Assembly: GCA_947258415.1 (NCBI GenBank)
Contig: CAMYIF010000015.1
Coordinates: 1-48,255 of the forward strand
Direction: 5' to 3'
Source of the DNA: an uncultured Pseudomonadales bacterium
GTDB taxonomy: Bacteria; Pseudomonadota; Gammaproteobacteria; Pseudomonadales; IMCC2047
DNA length: 48,255 nucleotides
This document shows, piece by piece, positions 20,773 through 30,652 of this stretch. Within the stretch, counting starts at the first letter, position 1. Each line of letters begins with the position of its first letter. The position numbers and the translations under genes are program-made. Below the pieces are notes generated by a model. The model searched no databases and had not been told where the DNA came from. It saw nothing but the letters and a program-made list of their open reading frames with translations.

Positions 20773-20801
20773 TTGCCATCGCGTATACCTTCTGTTATAA
20801 A
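20773..20801 (+). promoter_or_regulatory. candidate sigma-70 promoter of rpmB-rpmG
   Basis: TTGCCA (20773-20778), 17-nt spacer, TATAAA (20796-20801). It is followed by a GC-rich discriminator (TGCGTCCCC), typical of stringently controlled r-protein promoters. Sequence match only. Confidence 0.4.
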
Positions 20802-20908
20802 TGCGTCCCCATTTTGGAGTTGTGGTGAAGAACCGCCACATAAGTTGTCCGGCAACTTGTTAGCCGGAGTGTCAATTTGAAAGAAAAGATAAGTTAAAGG
20901 ACCGAGCA

Positions 20909-21145
20909 ATGTCTAAGGTTTGTCAGGTTACCGGGAAGCGACCGGTTACAGGAAACAATGTATCTCACGCTCACAATAAAACGCGGCGTCGTTTTTTGCC
21001 CAATTTGCATACCCACCGATTCTGGGTTGAATCTGAAAAACGCTTCGTAAAACTGCGTCTTTCAACCAAAGGCATGCGTATTATCGACAAGCTGGGCATT
21101 GATCAGGTATTGGCCGATATTCGTAGCCGCGGTACAAAAGTCTGA
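20909..21145 (+). CDS. rpmB: 50S ribosomal protein L28
   Basis: [33 protein letters not shown], 78 aa. Confidence 0.97.
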   Translation: MSKVCQVTGKRPVTGNNVSHAHNKTRRRFLPNLHTHRFWVESEKRFVKLRLSTKGMRIIDKLGIDQVLADIRSRGTKV

Positions 21146-21187
21146 TCATCGATTTATATCAATTGGTAAAGCTTAAGGAACATTATT

Positions 21188-21343
21188 ATGCGTGATAAAA
21201 TTAAACTCGTTTCTTCGGCCGGCACGGGTCACTACTATACGACCACCAAAAACAAGCGGACTATGCCGGATAAAATGGAGATCAAAAAATTTGACCCTGT
21301 TGTACGAAAGCATGTTATGTACAAGGAAGCAAAGATTAAATAA
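21188..21343 (+). CDS. rpmG: 50S ribosomal protein L33
   Basis: Not in the ORF track (51 aa). ATG at 21188 to TAA at 21341-21343 gives [51 protein letters not shown], a canonical L33, directly after rpmB. Confidence 0.95.
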   Translation: MRDKIKLVSSAGTGHYYTTTKNKRTMPDKMEIKKFDPVVRKHVMYKEAKIK

Positions 21344-21377
21344 AGTCGGCCTCGCATCAAGAAGCAGCCTGAAAAAT

Positions 21378-21401
21378 AACCCGGCATGTCCGGGTTTTTT
21401 T
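21378..21401 (+). terminator. rho-independent terminator after rpmG
   Basis: 7-bp stem AACCCGG / CCGGGTT with loop CATGT, running into a 7-T tract (21395-21401). It lies 35 nt after the rpmG stop. Confidence 0.7.
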
Positions 21402-21442
21402 GCGCCCGCTAAATAGCGATAATCTATAATTGTTAACCAATC

Positions 21443-22258
21443 ATGCCAGAATTACCCGAAGTTGAAACCACCCGCAGGGGAATAGAGCCTCATATAAAAG
21501 CGGGTTATATCAGTGGTTTAGTGATCCGCCAGCCGCAATTACGTTGGCCGATCCCTGCGGATTTGCCCCGGCTCATCCAGGGGCAGAGGGTTGTTTCGGT
21601 CACGAGGCGGGGAAAATACCTGTTACTTAATCTATCCAATGGCTCCGTGTTGATACATTTGGGTATGTCGGGCAGCCTGTGCATTGTTTCGAACGAGCAG
21701 CCTGCCGGGAAACACGAGCATATTGATATTGTATTTGATTCGGATATCAGTCTTAGGTTGAAAGATCCCCGGCGTTTTGGCGCGGTACTCTGGGCTGGTG
21801 AAACACCTTTGGCGCATAAATTACTGGTTAACCTGGGACCCGAGCCGCTTTGTGACGATTTTAACGGCGAGTACCTGTACGCGCGTTCAAGGGGACGCAC
21901 CCTGACGGTAAAAAACCTGATTATGAACAGTTCTATCGTCGTTGGCATCGGTAACATTTATGCTAACGAGGCTTTGTTTGCCGCCGGGATTTCACCGACC
22001 AGGCCAGCCGGGCGGATTGCCCTCAAGCGCTACGAGTTGCTCGTTCAGACAATTAAAAAAATACTGGATGAGGCCATATCCCGCGGTGGCACGACTTTGC
22101 GTGATTTTGTCGGCGGTGATGGCAAACCGGGCTATTTCAAACAACAGCTCAATGTTTACGGTCGATCCGGGCAACCCTGTGTAAATTGCGGGGCAACTCT
22201 GAAGGAAAAGCGCCTGAATAACAGGAGCACCGTTTACTGCAGGTATTGCCAGTCCTGA
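21443..22258 (+). CDS. mutM: formamidopyrimidine-DNA glycosylase
   Basis: N-terminal MPELPEVETTRRG (catalytic Pro2/Glu3), H2TH region, and C-terminal zinc finger CVNCG..(16)..CRYCQ. Confidence 0.96.
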   Translation: MPELPEVETTRRGIEPHIKAGYISGLVIRQPQLRWPIPADLPRLIQGQRVVSVTRRGKYLLLNLSNGSVLIHLGMSGSLCIVSNEQPAGKHEHIDIVFDSDISLRLKDPRRFGAVLWAGETPLAHKLLVNLGPEPLCDDFNGEYLYARSRGRTLTVKNLIMNSSIVVGIGNIYANEALFAAGISPTRPAGRIALKRYELLVQTIKKILDEAISRGGTTLRDFVGGDGKPGYFKQQLNVYGRSGQPCVNCGATLKEKRLNNRSTVYCRYCQS

Positions 22259-22275
22259 AGCAGGAGTGCGACAGG

Positions 22276-22554
<279 letters not shown>

Positions 22555-22571
22555 TTAATACCAGGTAGCAC

Positions 22572-23069
<498 letters not shown>

Positions 23070-23132
23070 TTATTATTATTTTGGCATATACAGATGGTAA
23101 CCAATTAGCGGGAAATGCTCAACGAAGCCCTG

Positions 23133-23726
23133 TCAGGCCAGTTTAACATACAGCGAAAAGGCAACCTTACCACTAGTCTTGCTTCTGTGGGTGTGCCAGG
23201 TGTCGGGGACACTGAAAGTTGTTGTACGCTCCGACTCGATATAGATATAACTGCCGGCACAAAGTAAATTGCCGGATTCGAGTAATTTACAGCAAGGGGC
23301 TACAAGGCCTTGCCGGAATGGCGGATCAATAAAGACGATATTATACGGCGCATTATTTGTTGGCCTTTCCAGCCATCGCACGGCGTCTGTGTTGATCAGG
23401 GTTGCATCGTTACAATTCAAGGTTGACAGGTATTGTTCCAGTGAGCTCACAACCCTGCTCGAGCTATCGATCATGGTAACTTGCCCGGCACCTCGCGATA
23501 ATGCTTCCAGCCCCATAGCACCACTGCCGGCGAACAGGTCCAGGCAACTGGCATTAACTATTACCGGGCTGAGCCAGTTAAACAGGGTTTCGCGAATCCG
23601 GTCAGAGGTTGGACGCAAACCCGCTGACGAAGGGAATGAAAACCTGCGGCCGCGCCATTTACCGCCAATAATACGCAGGCTGTTATCCAGGCCGGCTGAA
23701 GCCTTTTTATTTTTTTGTTTTGCCAT
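23133..23726 (-). CDS. rsmD: 16S rRNA (guanine966-N2)-methyltransferase
   Basis: LRIIGGKWRGR, SAM motif LDLFAGSGAMGLEALSRGA, and FIDPPF. Divergent from ftsY, as in E. coli. ATG at 23726; the track ORF starts one codon earlier at TTG. Confidence 0.92.
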   Translation of the reverse strand: MAKQKNKKASAGLDNSLRIIGGKWRGRRFSFPSSAGLRPTSDRIRETLFNWLSPVIVNASCLDLFAGSGAMGLEALSRGAGQVTMIDSSSRVVSSLEQYLSTLNCNDATLINTDAVRWLERPTNNAPYNIVFIDPPFRQGLVAPCCKLLESGNLLCAGSYIYIESERTTTFSVPDTWHTHRSKTSGKVAFSLYVKLA

Positions 23727-23887
23727 CAATCTTGTTTGGTAGCGGGTTGGGAAATGCTTTTTTCCTGTGGAGCAGGCGGCTCCTGTTCGGGTGGTTGCAG
23801 GCGGGATAGCAGGGCGATTGCGATCGCTGTGACGGCGATGATAATTGACAGGGAGCGTTGGCTAAATCGTCTTTTTGGTGGCGGCAT
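23726..23887 (-). CDS. hypothetical 53-aa single-TM protein (unannotated small ORF)
   Basis: ATG at 23887 to TGA at 23728-23726 gives MPPPKRRFSQRSLSIIIAVTAIAIALLSRLQPPEQEPPAPQEKSISQPATKQD. It has a basic N-terminus, one hydrophobic helix and a Pro/Gln-rich tail. The stop overlaps the rsmD ATG (TGATG). No clear SD, and it is below the ORF-track length cutoff. Confidence 0.35.
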   Translation of the reverse strand: MPPPKRRFSQRSLSIIIAVTAIAIALLSRLQPPEQEPPAPQEKSISQPATKQD

Positions 23888-24047
23888 GGAGTGGATCTCA
23901 AAAACAGAAATTAAATAATCGCCCTGCTACTGCATTCATTATACAAATGGTAGGATAGCCCATTTTATTTATGTGCTACAGGGCTTGCGGTGATTAAATT
24001 ACCGGCCCCTGTTAAATTCATTTCAATATATAGATGTTAAGGGAAAC

Positions 24048-25196
24048 ATGGAACTTACAGTAGAAATTGGCCTGGGGTTGGCGATACTTGCCCTGTTGTT
24101 AGTTGTGTTTGTTATTGATCTGGCCTTACGGGTGAGGAAGGTGCCGAGGGCCAAAGAGACCGCCGGGAAAGCAACTTTAGACAAGCCGGCGCCTGCAGCC
24201 GAACCAGCGCCTGCAGCCGAACTAAAACCGGATAAGGCGATTCAGCCGGAACCGGAACCGGAACCGGAAACCAGGGTTTCAGTCCTGGACCGAATAAAAC
24301 AGGGCCTGGGTAAAACCCGCAGCAATCTGTCCGATGGCCTTGCCGACCTGATTCTTGGTCAAAAAGCGATCGGTGAGGATCTGCTGGAAGAAGTCGAAGC
24401 CCAGTTGCTGATGGCAGATATGGGTGTCGAGGCAACCAGCCATGTAATTCGCAGCTTGACCGATCAACTGGCTCGCAATGAACTTTCGCAACCGGATAAA
24501 TTGTACGATGCCCTGAAACAGGAGCTCGGCAAGATGCTCGAACCCTGCTCTTCGCCGTTACTTATAGATCCCGATCGTGGCAGAAAGCCTTTCGTGATTT
24601 TAATGGTCGGTGTCAATGGTGCCGGTAAGACCACCACCATAGGCAAGTTGGCCAGGCGTTTTCAGGGCCAGGGTTTGAGTGTAATGCTGGCGGCGGGTGA
24701 CACCTTTCGGGCAGCCGCCGTTGAACAACTTGAAGAATGGGGCAAGCGCAACCAGGTGCCAGTTGTCGCCCAGCATACGGGAGCCGATAGCGCCTCGGTT
24801 ATATTCGACGCGCTGGAATCTGCAAAAGCCAGGGGAATGGATGTGTTGATTGCCGATACGGCGGGTCGATTGCAAAATAAAGAGAATTTGATGAATGAGC
24901 TGGTCAAGGTAAAGCGGGTTATGGCCAAGCTTGATAATGAAGCACCCCACGAAGTGATGCTGGTGCTGGATGCGGGCACCGGGCAGAATGCGCTTAGCCA
25001 GGCCAAGCTGTTCAACGAGGCTGTAGGGCTGACGGGTATTACCCTTACCAAGCTTGATGGAACGGCCAAAGGAGGCGTAATATTTGCTGTTGCCAAGCAA
25101 ATGGGTATTCCGATTCGATTTATTGGCGTAGGCGAGCAAATCGATGACCTGAGACCCTTCGAGTCCAGCCAGTTTGTCTCGGCCCTGTTTGATTGA
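24048..25196 (+). CDS. ftsY: signal recognition particle receptor FtsY
   Basis: NG domain: GVNGAGKTTTIGKLA, DTAGRL, TKLDGTAKGG. The N-terminus is a TM helix (GLGLAILALLLVVFVIDLAL) followed by a PA/PE-rich spacer. Confidence 0.95.
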   Translation: MELTVEIGLGLAILALLLVVFVIDLALRVRKVPRAKETAGKATLDKPAPAAEPAPAAELKPDKAIQPEPEPEPETRVSVLDRIKQGLGKTRSNLSDGLADLILGQKAIGEDLLEEVEAQLLMADMGVEATSHVIRSLTDQLARNELSQPDKLYDALKQELGKMLEPCSSPLLIDPDRGRKPFVILMVGVNGAGKTTTIGKLARRFQGQGLSVMLAAGDTFRAAAVEQLEEWGKRNQVPVVAQHTGADSASVIFDALESAKARGMDVLIADTAGRLQNKENLMNELVKVKRVMAKLDNEAPHEVMLVLDAGTGQNALSQAKLFNEAVGLTGITLTKLDGTAKGGVIFAVAKQMGIPIRFIGVGEQIDDLRPFESSQFVSALFD

Positions 25197-25249
25197 AGCG
25201 TTAACTCTATTTATTGAAATATTAAAACAAGGGCAATGTAAACCCGAAC

Positions 25250-25927
25250 ATGATTCACCTCGACAATGTCAGCAAGCGATACCAGGACGGCCACGATGCG
25301 CTTAAGCAGCTGAACATGAATCTTGATACAGGTGAAATGGCTTTCCTGACAGGGCACTCGGGTGCCGGTAAAAGCACCCTGTTGAAGCTGATCATGCTGA
25401 TGGAACGCCCGACCCGAGGGCAGGTGATGGTCAACGGGCAAAACCTGAGCCGGATGAAAAAACGCCAGATACCCTATTACCGGCGTAATATAGGGCTGGT
25501 TTTTCAGGATCACCAGCTGTTATTCGATCGTACGGTTTACGAAAATGTTGCCCTCCCGCTGATCATTGCGGGGGCGCAGAATCGTGATATCGGGCGACGC
25601 GTCCGGGCGGCGCTGGATAAAGTCGGGCTGCTTGGCAAGGAAAAACTTTACCCGATAGCCCTGTCGGGCGGCGAACAGCAGCGAATTGGCATTGCCCGTG
25701 CAGTGGTTAACAAGCCCGCCCTTTTACTCGCTGATGAGCCGACGGGTAATCTGGATCCCAGGTTGTCGGCCGAGATTATGACGCTCTTTGGGCAATTCAA
25801 CCAGGTGGGCGTCACGGTCCTGATCGCGACCCATGACCTGTCGCTTATTGCGCGCCTGAATCACAGGATTCTGACCCTTAAAAACGGGCGACTGTTGCAC
25901 GAAGAGCCTATGGGGGTGATCCTGTGA
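25250..25927 (+). CDS. ftsE: cell division ATP-binding protein FtsE
   Basis: Walker A GHSGAGKST, signature LSGGEQQR, Walker B LLLADEPTGNLD. Located between ftsY and ftsX. Confidence 0.95.
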   Translation: MIHLDNVSKRYQDGHDALKQLNMNLDTGEMAFLTGHSGAGKSTLLKLIMLMERPTRGQVMVNGQNLSRMKKRQIPYYRRNIGLVFQDHQLLFDRTVYENVALPLIIAGAQNRDIGRRVRAALDKVGLLGKEKLYPIALSGGEQQRIGIARAVVNKPALLLADEPTGNLDPRLSAEIMTLFGQFNQVGVTVLIATHDLSLIARLNHRILTLKNGRLLHEEPMGVIL

Positions 25928-26952
25928 GGCAAAAAGATCGACACAGCCCGAAGCGGAATAAACCGCTTGTGCAATCCGAGCGACGTAAAAATGAAGCCCA
26001 CGGCGCCCGGCAGGTAAGCATCGGTTTGCTCGACCGGATCAAAAGCTATTTTGCAAACCATCGTGAAGTGGCTTTTACCAGTTTTCGAAGGATGCTCAAG
26101 GCACCGCTCGTTAACTTGATGACCTGGTCCGTTATTGCCATTGCGATCGCATTGCCGGTCGGTCTTTTTGTGTTTTTACAAAATATCCAGCAATTGAGCA
26201 GCGGCTGGGACAACGCCGTGCAAATCTCCGTTTATTTAAAAACGGATGTCAGCCAGGCGCGTGGCCAGGCGCTGGCCGGGCAACTGGAACAAAAACCTGA
26301 AATTGAGCGTATCCATTACATTTCATCCGAGCAGGCCCTGGTCGAATTCCAGCAATTGTCAGGTTTTGGTGAGGCATTGTCCTACCTGGACGAGAACCCG
26401 CTGCCCGCGGTTATTGTCGTGTATCCGCGAACGGATGATTCCACACTACTGACAACCAGTACCCTGCTGTCCACGTTGCAGGAATTGCCCGAAGTTGAAC
26501 AGGCGCAAATGGACCTGGAGTGGGTGCAACGCCTTTATGGCATTATGCAATTGGCGCAACGATCAGTCCTTGCGTTGGGGCTGCTGTTATCCCTGGCGGT
26601 GTTACTGGTAATCGGCAACACTATCCGCCTGGCTATCGAGGCGCGGCGCGAAGAGATAGTCGTCGTCAAGCTGGTAGGCGGAACAGACGCATTCGTACGC
26701 AGGCCTTTCCTGTATACGGGTATATGGTATGGTCTGGGCGGCGGACTGGGAGCCTGGCTTATAATCAATTCGATACTCCTGTGGTTAAGCGATCCTGTTT
26801 CGTCGCTCGTGGGTGCCTATAGCAGCCAATTCAGCCTGTCCGGGCTGGGATTGTTTGAAACGCTGATGCTGATGCTATCCAGCGCCATGCTGGGCCTGTT
26901 TGGCGCATGGCTTGCGGTGGGTCGGCATTTAAGCAAAATTGAACCCCGATAG
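25924..26952 (+). CDS. ftsX: cell division permease-like protein FtsX
   Basis: GTG start overlapping the ftsE stop (GTGA). Periplasmic domain followed by C-terminal TM helices (VKLVGGTDAFVRRPFLYTG..). Confidence 0.9.
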   Translation: MRQKDRHSPKRNKPLVQSERRKNEAHGARQVSIGLLDRIKSYFANHREVAFTSFRRMLKAPLVNLMTWSVIAIAIALPVGLFVFLQNIQQLSSGWDNAVQISVYLKTDVSQARGQALAGQLEQKPEIERIHYISSEQALVEFQQLSGFGEALSYLDENPLPAVIVVYPRTDDSTLLTTSTLLSTLQELPEVEQAQMDLEWVQRLYGIMQLAQRSVLALGLLLSLAVLLVIGNTIRLAIEARREEIVVVKLVGGTDAFVRRPFLYTGIWYGLGGGLGAWLIINSILLWLSDPVSSLVGAYSSQFSLSGLGLFETLMLMLSSAMLGLFGAWLAVGRHLSKIEPR

Positions 26953-27040
26953 CCCAAAAACAAAGTATTTTGTAGCCCGAATCTTATATTCATAGGCACT
27001 GATATCGATCAATTGTCGGTAAACAGTACCCCGGTAGACT

Positions 27041-27067
27041 GAACTTATCAGGGTATTGGCACTCATA
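27041..27067 (+). promoter_or_regulatory. candidate sigma-E (RpoE)-type promoter upstream of rpoH
   Basis: GAACTT (27041-27046), 16-nt spacer, TCATA (27063-27067). Compare the sigma-E consensus GGAACTT-N16-TCAAA/TCTGA. It lies approx 50 nt upstream of the rpoH ATG. E. coli rpoH P3 is sigma-E dependent. Confidence 0.4.
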
Positions 27068-27117
27068 TGAAACGATGTTAATATCTGCATCCTTTTTTTG
27101 AAGTTGAAGGAAAGTTT

Positions 27118-28110
27118 ATGAACTACTTACAAACCGTGGATCAAATGGCGCCAGGGCAAAATCTTGCGGCTTATTTGACAGCTGTTTCCAGCATTCCTGT
27201 GTTGACAGTAGAAGAAGAGCGCAAGCTTTCCGAGCGCCTTTACTACCAAAGTGATCTGGATGCGGCTCGCCAGTTGATCCTGTCGCATATGCGCTTTGTT
27301 GCCCACATCGCGAAAAGTTATTCCGGGTACGGGCTACCACAGGCAGACCTGATTCAGGAAGGTAATGTCGGTTTAATGAAGGCGGTCAAGCGCTTTAACC
27401 CTGAAAAAGGTGTGCGCCTTGTGTCATTTGCCGTGCATTGGATAAAGGCTGAAATGCATGAATATATCCTGCGCAACTGGCGTATTGTAAAAGTGGCGAC
27501 CACCAAGTCACAACGCAAGCTGTTCTTCAACCTGCGTAGCGCCAAGAAAAGTCTGGCCTGGCTTACCAATGACGAAGTACACGCAGTTGCAGAAGATCTG
27601 GGTGTAGAGCCCAAGGTCGTTCGTTTAATGGAGGGCCGTATGAGCGCGCACGATGCCTCCTTCGATATGGCCAAGGATGATGATAGCGATAACGTTTACC
27701 AGGCCCCGGCCAATTATCTTGAAGATCATCACACCGATCCGTTGCTTCACGTCGAAGCACAGGACTGGGAAGAGACATCGAACAGGAATTTGAGTAATGC
27801 CATGGCGCAACTTGACGAGCGAAGCATCGACATATTGAACCAGCGCTGGTTGTCTGAAGAGAAAGCAACCCTGCACGATCTGGCAAAAAAATACAATATC
27901 TCCGCTGAGCGGATTCGTCAGCTTGAAAAAAATGCAATGAAGAAAATTTGCGGCATTTGCCGTCATTTCTGGTGCTTTTGGTGCGCACGGGTTAAAGGGA
28001 AAATTAACCGAAAATATGCTCAATGCTTACCAGACCGGCGTCGAATACCAGATGTACCACGCGTTGGCATTAATTCTGTTGGCTGTGGTCATGCATCTTC
28101 AACCAGATAA
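27118..28110 (+). CDS. rpoH: RNA polymerase sigma-32 (RpoH); native C-terminal approx 7 codons replaced by a 53-aa out-of-frame tail read from the DUF423 gene
   Basis: RpoH box [13 protein letters not shown], region 2 ([38 protein letters not shown]), region 4.2 ([22 protein letters not shown]). Homology ends at approx nt 27948. The rest ([17 protein letters not shown]..) is not sigma-like. Confidence 0.9.
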   Translation: MNYLQTVDQMAPGQNLAAYLTAVSSIPVLTVEEERKLSERLYYQSDLDAARQLILSHMRFVAHIAKSYSGYGLPQADLIQEGNVGLMKAVKRFNPEKGVRLVSFAVHWIKAEMHEYILRNWRIVKVATTKSQRKLFFNLRSAKKSLAWLTNDEVHAVAEDLGVEPKVVRLMEGRMSAHDASFDMAKDDDSDNVYQAPANYLEDHHTDPLLHVEAQDWEETSNRNLSNAMAQLDERSIDILNQRWLSEEKATLHDLAKKYNISAERIRQLEKNAMKKICGICRHFWCFWCARVKGKINRKYAQCLPDRRRIPDVPRVGINSVGCGHASSTR

Positions 28111-28291
28111 CCTGTTACTCAAATGGAGTGGCATTTGCTTTATCGGCGGGATCATATTATTCAGCGGAAGCCTGTATATTCTGGCACTGACAGATATCAG
28201 GTTTATTGCCATGGTTACGCCCATGGGTGGTTTGGTATTAATACTGGGCTGGATAATTTTTGCCTACACCCAGTTAGCCCGATGGTCCTGA
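27941..28291 (+). pseudogene. DUF423 (YgdD-like) membrane protein gene, 5'-truncated and without a start for its first TM helix
   Basis: The frame is open from 27941 (preceded by TGA at 27938-27940). It reads [58 protein letters not shown].., matching the DUF423 pattern (E. coli YgdD ..ALGAFGAH..QTGLEYQAFHTLA..LFSGSLY..VTPVGG). The first in-frame ATG is at 28016 (91-aa track ORF), downstream of the GAFGAH motif. Confidence 0.6.
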
Positions 28292-28292
28292 C

Positions 28293-28988
28293 ATGAAGGC
28301 TCCAAAAGGCAAGCATTTAAGAACCATTCGTAGTTATGTTTTACGTGCCGGCCGCATGACGCCGGGCCAGAAACGTGCGTATGACGAACTCTGGCAACAA
28401 TACGGTCTTGACCATGCCGATGGCCAGGTTGACCTGGACCAGGTATTTGGGCGCGCCGCAGGGAAAGTGGTTGAGGTTGGTTTCGGCATGGGTGATTCGC
28501 TGGTAGCGATGGCAAAGGAGGCGCCTGAGCTCGATTTTATCGGTATTGAAGTGCACAAGCCAGGCGTTGGAAGACTCCTGAAACTATCCGCCGATTCGGG
28601 CCTGGGAAATATCCGTGTTTATTGTGCCGATGCCGTTGAAGTGCTTAATCAGTGCATCCCAGACAATAGTCTGCATAGGGTTCAGCTGTATTTCCCGGAC
28701 CCCTGGCACAAGAAGAAGCACCATAAAAGGCGCATTGTCCAGCCGGAGTTTTTAGGAGTAGCAGGTAAAAAACTCGAATTAAAGGGGCGGTTTCATGCGG
28801 CAACCGATTGGCAGGATTATGCCGAGCACATGATGCAGGTTTTGAGCGGCATGCCCGAGTTTCGCAACCTGGCCGGCCATGGGCAATTTGCACCGCGACC
28901 CGATTATCGTCCCATCACCAAATTTGAAAAACGCGGAGAGCGTCTTGGCCACGACGTCTGGGATCTGCTGTTCGAACGTTCTGTTTAA
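28293..28988 (+). CDS. trmB: tRNA (guanine46-N7)-methyltransferase
   Basis: [16 protein letters not shown], and [15 protein letters not shown] (hallmark TrmB motif). Confidence 0.95.
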   Translation: MKAPKGKHLRTIRSYVLRAGRMTPGQKRAYDELWQQYGLDHADGQVDLDQVFGRAAGKVVEVGFGMGDSLVAMAKEAPELDFIGIEVHKPGVGRLLKLSADSGLGNIRVYCADAVEVLNQCIPDNSLHRVQLYFPDPWHKKKHHKRRIVQPEFLGVAGKKLELKGRFHAATDWQDYAEHMMQVLSGMPEFRNLAGHGQFAPRPDYRPITKFEKRGERLGHDVWDLLFERSV

Positions 28989-29046
28989 AACCGGTTTTCG
29001 GTTGCTATGGCCTGTCAGTCACCACAAGCCTGCATAACTGCCTGGC

Positions 29047-29754
29047 TTATTCGGGCATATCGCACAAAATTCGGGCGATGACTGCACCGATAAAAGACAG
29101 CAGCGATGTGCTCATATTGTTACGATAGTAATCGGGATCGCCATTACCAATGCTGAGAATGCCAACGAGTTTGCCATCGCAAAACAGGGGCAAAGTGGCC
29201 GCCGAACCAACTTCGCTGCTTTTTTCATCGAACAGTATCTGCTTTTCGTCATCTTTTAATATGCCACAATTCGGGTGCTCATCCTTGATGATGCGCTTAA
29301 GGTGCTTGTCTGCATACTGTTCTGATAGATGCTGTTTTTTCCTTTCATAGCCACCTTCCATTACTCGCCAGAGCCGGCAGCAATTACTACCAAATTCGCG
29401 CGTCATCGACTGCTCAACAAGCAGTTTAAGCTGTTCAAATGAACCTGCAGATATAAGCGAAAGCACCAGCGTCTTGGTTTTTTCCAGCAGTTCGTCATTT
29501 TCCCCGGCATTGCTTATCAGCAAGCCAAGCTGCTGTTTTAACTGGTTATTCTCGTTTCTAAGGGATGCCACCTGCCGTTCTACCAACGACACGGTTTCCC
29601 CGTGCGCAGGATGAGGAACGGACAAGCTGTTAAGCAGGGTCGCCTGATGTTCAAAGAAATCCGCGTGCTGCGCAAGGTAGCGGGCAACCTGCTCTTCATC
29701 CAGTTCCAGGTCGTCTAACAGCGTTACCGGTGTTTTATACGTTGCTTCATTCAT
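29047..29754 (-). CDS. DUF484 (YigA-like) protein
   Basis: N-terminal VARYLAQHADFFEHQATLL plus a coiled coil (LRNENNQLKQQL) and a GAF-like C-terminus. ATGA overlap with the dapF stop. This is the usual position after dapF. Confidence 0.85.
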   Translation of the reverse strand: MNEATYKTPVTLLDDLELDEEQVARYLAQHADFFEHQATLLNSLSVPHPAHGETVSLVERQVASLRNENNQLKQQLGLLISNAGENDELLEKTKTLVLSLISAGSFEQLKLLVEQSMTREFGSNCCRLWRVMEGGYERKKQHLSEQYADKHLKRIIKDEHPNCGILKDDEKQILFDEKSSEVGSAATLPLFCDGKLVGILSIGNGDPDYYRNNMSTSLLSFIGAVIARILCDMPE

Positions 29755-30581
29755 ATGTAAATACGTCCCTCATAAACAGTTTTGCAGGGCCCGGTCATTT
29801 TTACAGAATTACCTTCCCCTTGCCAATTGATTGTTAACGTGCCACCTGGTAAATGCACATTGACCTCTTCATCCAGCAGTCCGCGCAAGCGACCGGCAAC
29901 CACTGCTGCACACGCCCCTGTACCACATGCAAGTGTTTCCCCGGAACCCCTTTCGTAAACGCGAAGTTTAATCCTGTTTCGATCAACGACCTGCATAAAA
30001 CCTGCATTTACTCTTTGTGGAAACCGTTGATGTTTTTCTATCAGCGGCCCGAGTGTTCCTACAGCTGCTTTTTTCACATTATTAACCAGCGTAATGCAGT
30101 GGGGGTTGCCCATCGATACAGCGCTGACATCCAGAAGCTGCCCATTGACTTCAAGCTCGTAGCCGACAGAAAATGCATCTGCTAAAAATGGAATACGATC
30201 CGGGGCCAATTCAGGTACACCCATGTCCACCATAACCCTGTTTGATCCGACAAACGTCAGTTCCAGTTTGCCGCCCAGGGTTTCCACGACAAGATGGTCC
30301 TTAGAGGATAGCTTCTTGTCTCGAACAAATTTGGCAAAACAGCGTGCGCCATTACCGCATTGTTCGACTTCCTCGCCGTCAGCGTTGTAGATCCTGTATC
30401 GAAAGTCTGCTTCCGGATCCTTCGGTGGCTCTACTACCAGAAACTGGTCAAAGCCTATACCAAAATGTCGGTCTGACCACTTGCGAATTTGATGTGGCTT
30501 CAGGTTAATGTAATGACTAACCGTATCGATGACCATAAAGTCATTGCCACAACCGTGCATTTTTGTAAATTTCAACAGCAT
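29751..30581 (-). CDS. dapF: diaminopimelate epimerase
   Basis: FTKMHGCGNDFMVID and ERGSGETLACGTGACA (the two catalytic Cys motifs). 276 aa. Confidence 0.96.
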   Translation of the reverse strand: MLLKFTKMHGCGNDFMVIDTVSHYINLKPHQIRKWSDRHFGIGFDQFLVVEPPKDPEADFRYRIYNADGEEVEQCGNGARCFAKFVRDKKLSSKDHLVVETLGGKLELTFVGSNRVMVDMGVPELAPDRIPFLADAFSVGYELEVNGQLLDVSAVSMGNPHCITLVNNVKKAAVGTLGPLIEKHQRFPQRVNAGFMQVVDRNRIKLRVYERGSGETLACGTGACAAVVAGRLRGLLDEEVNVHLPGGTLTINWQGEGNSVKMTGPCKTVYEGRIYI

Positions 30582-30652
30582 TTTATTTAAGGCTAGTAAG
30601 AGTTATCGTTAATTCAAGAAATTAGCGGCCAGATACCTAAATTTGCCTGTTT

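Noticed and set aside
21192-21416. 74-aa track ORF overlapping rpmG
   Set aside because: A different frame of the same DNA encodes a textbook 51-aa L33 (21188-21343). The 74-aa product has no recognisable features and runs through the terminator.
24180-24275. Short direct repeats in ftsY (GCGCCTGCAGCCGAAC x2; CCGGAA x4)
   Set aside because: These are an in-frame PA/PE-rich low-complexity linker between the FtsY membrane anchor and the NG domain. Such linkers are common in FtsY and are of no independent interest.
27056-27075. TGGCAC-N5-TGAAA upstream of rpoH, resembling a sigma-54 -24 element
   Set aside because: The -12 element (TTGC) is missing. The same bases fit much better as the spacer and -10 of a sigma-E-type promoter.
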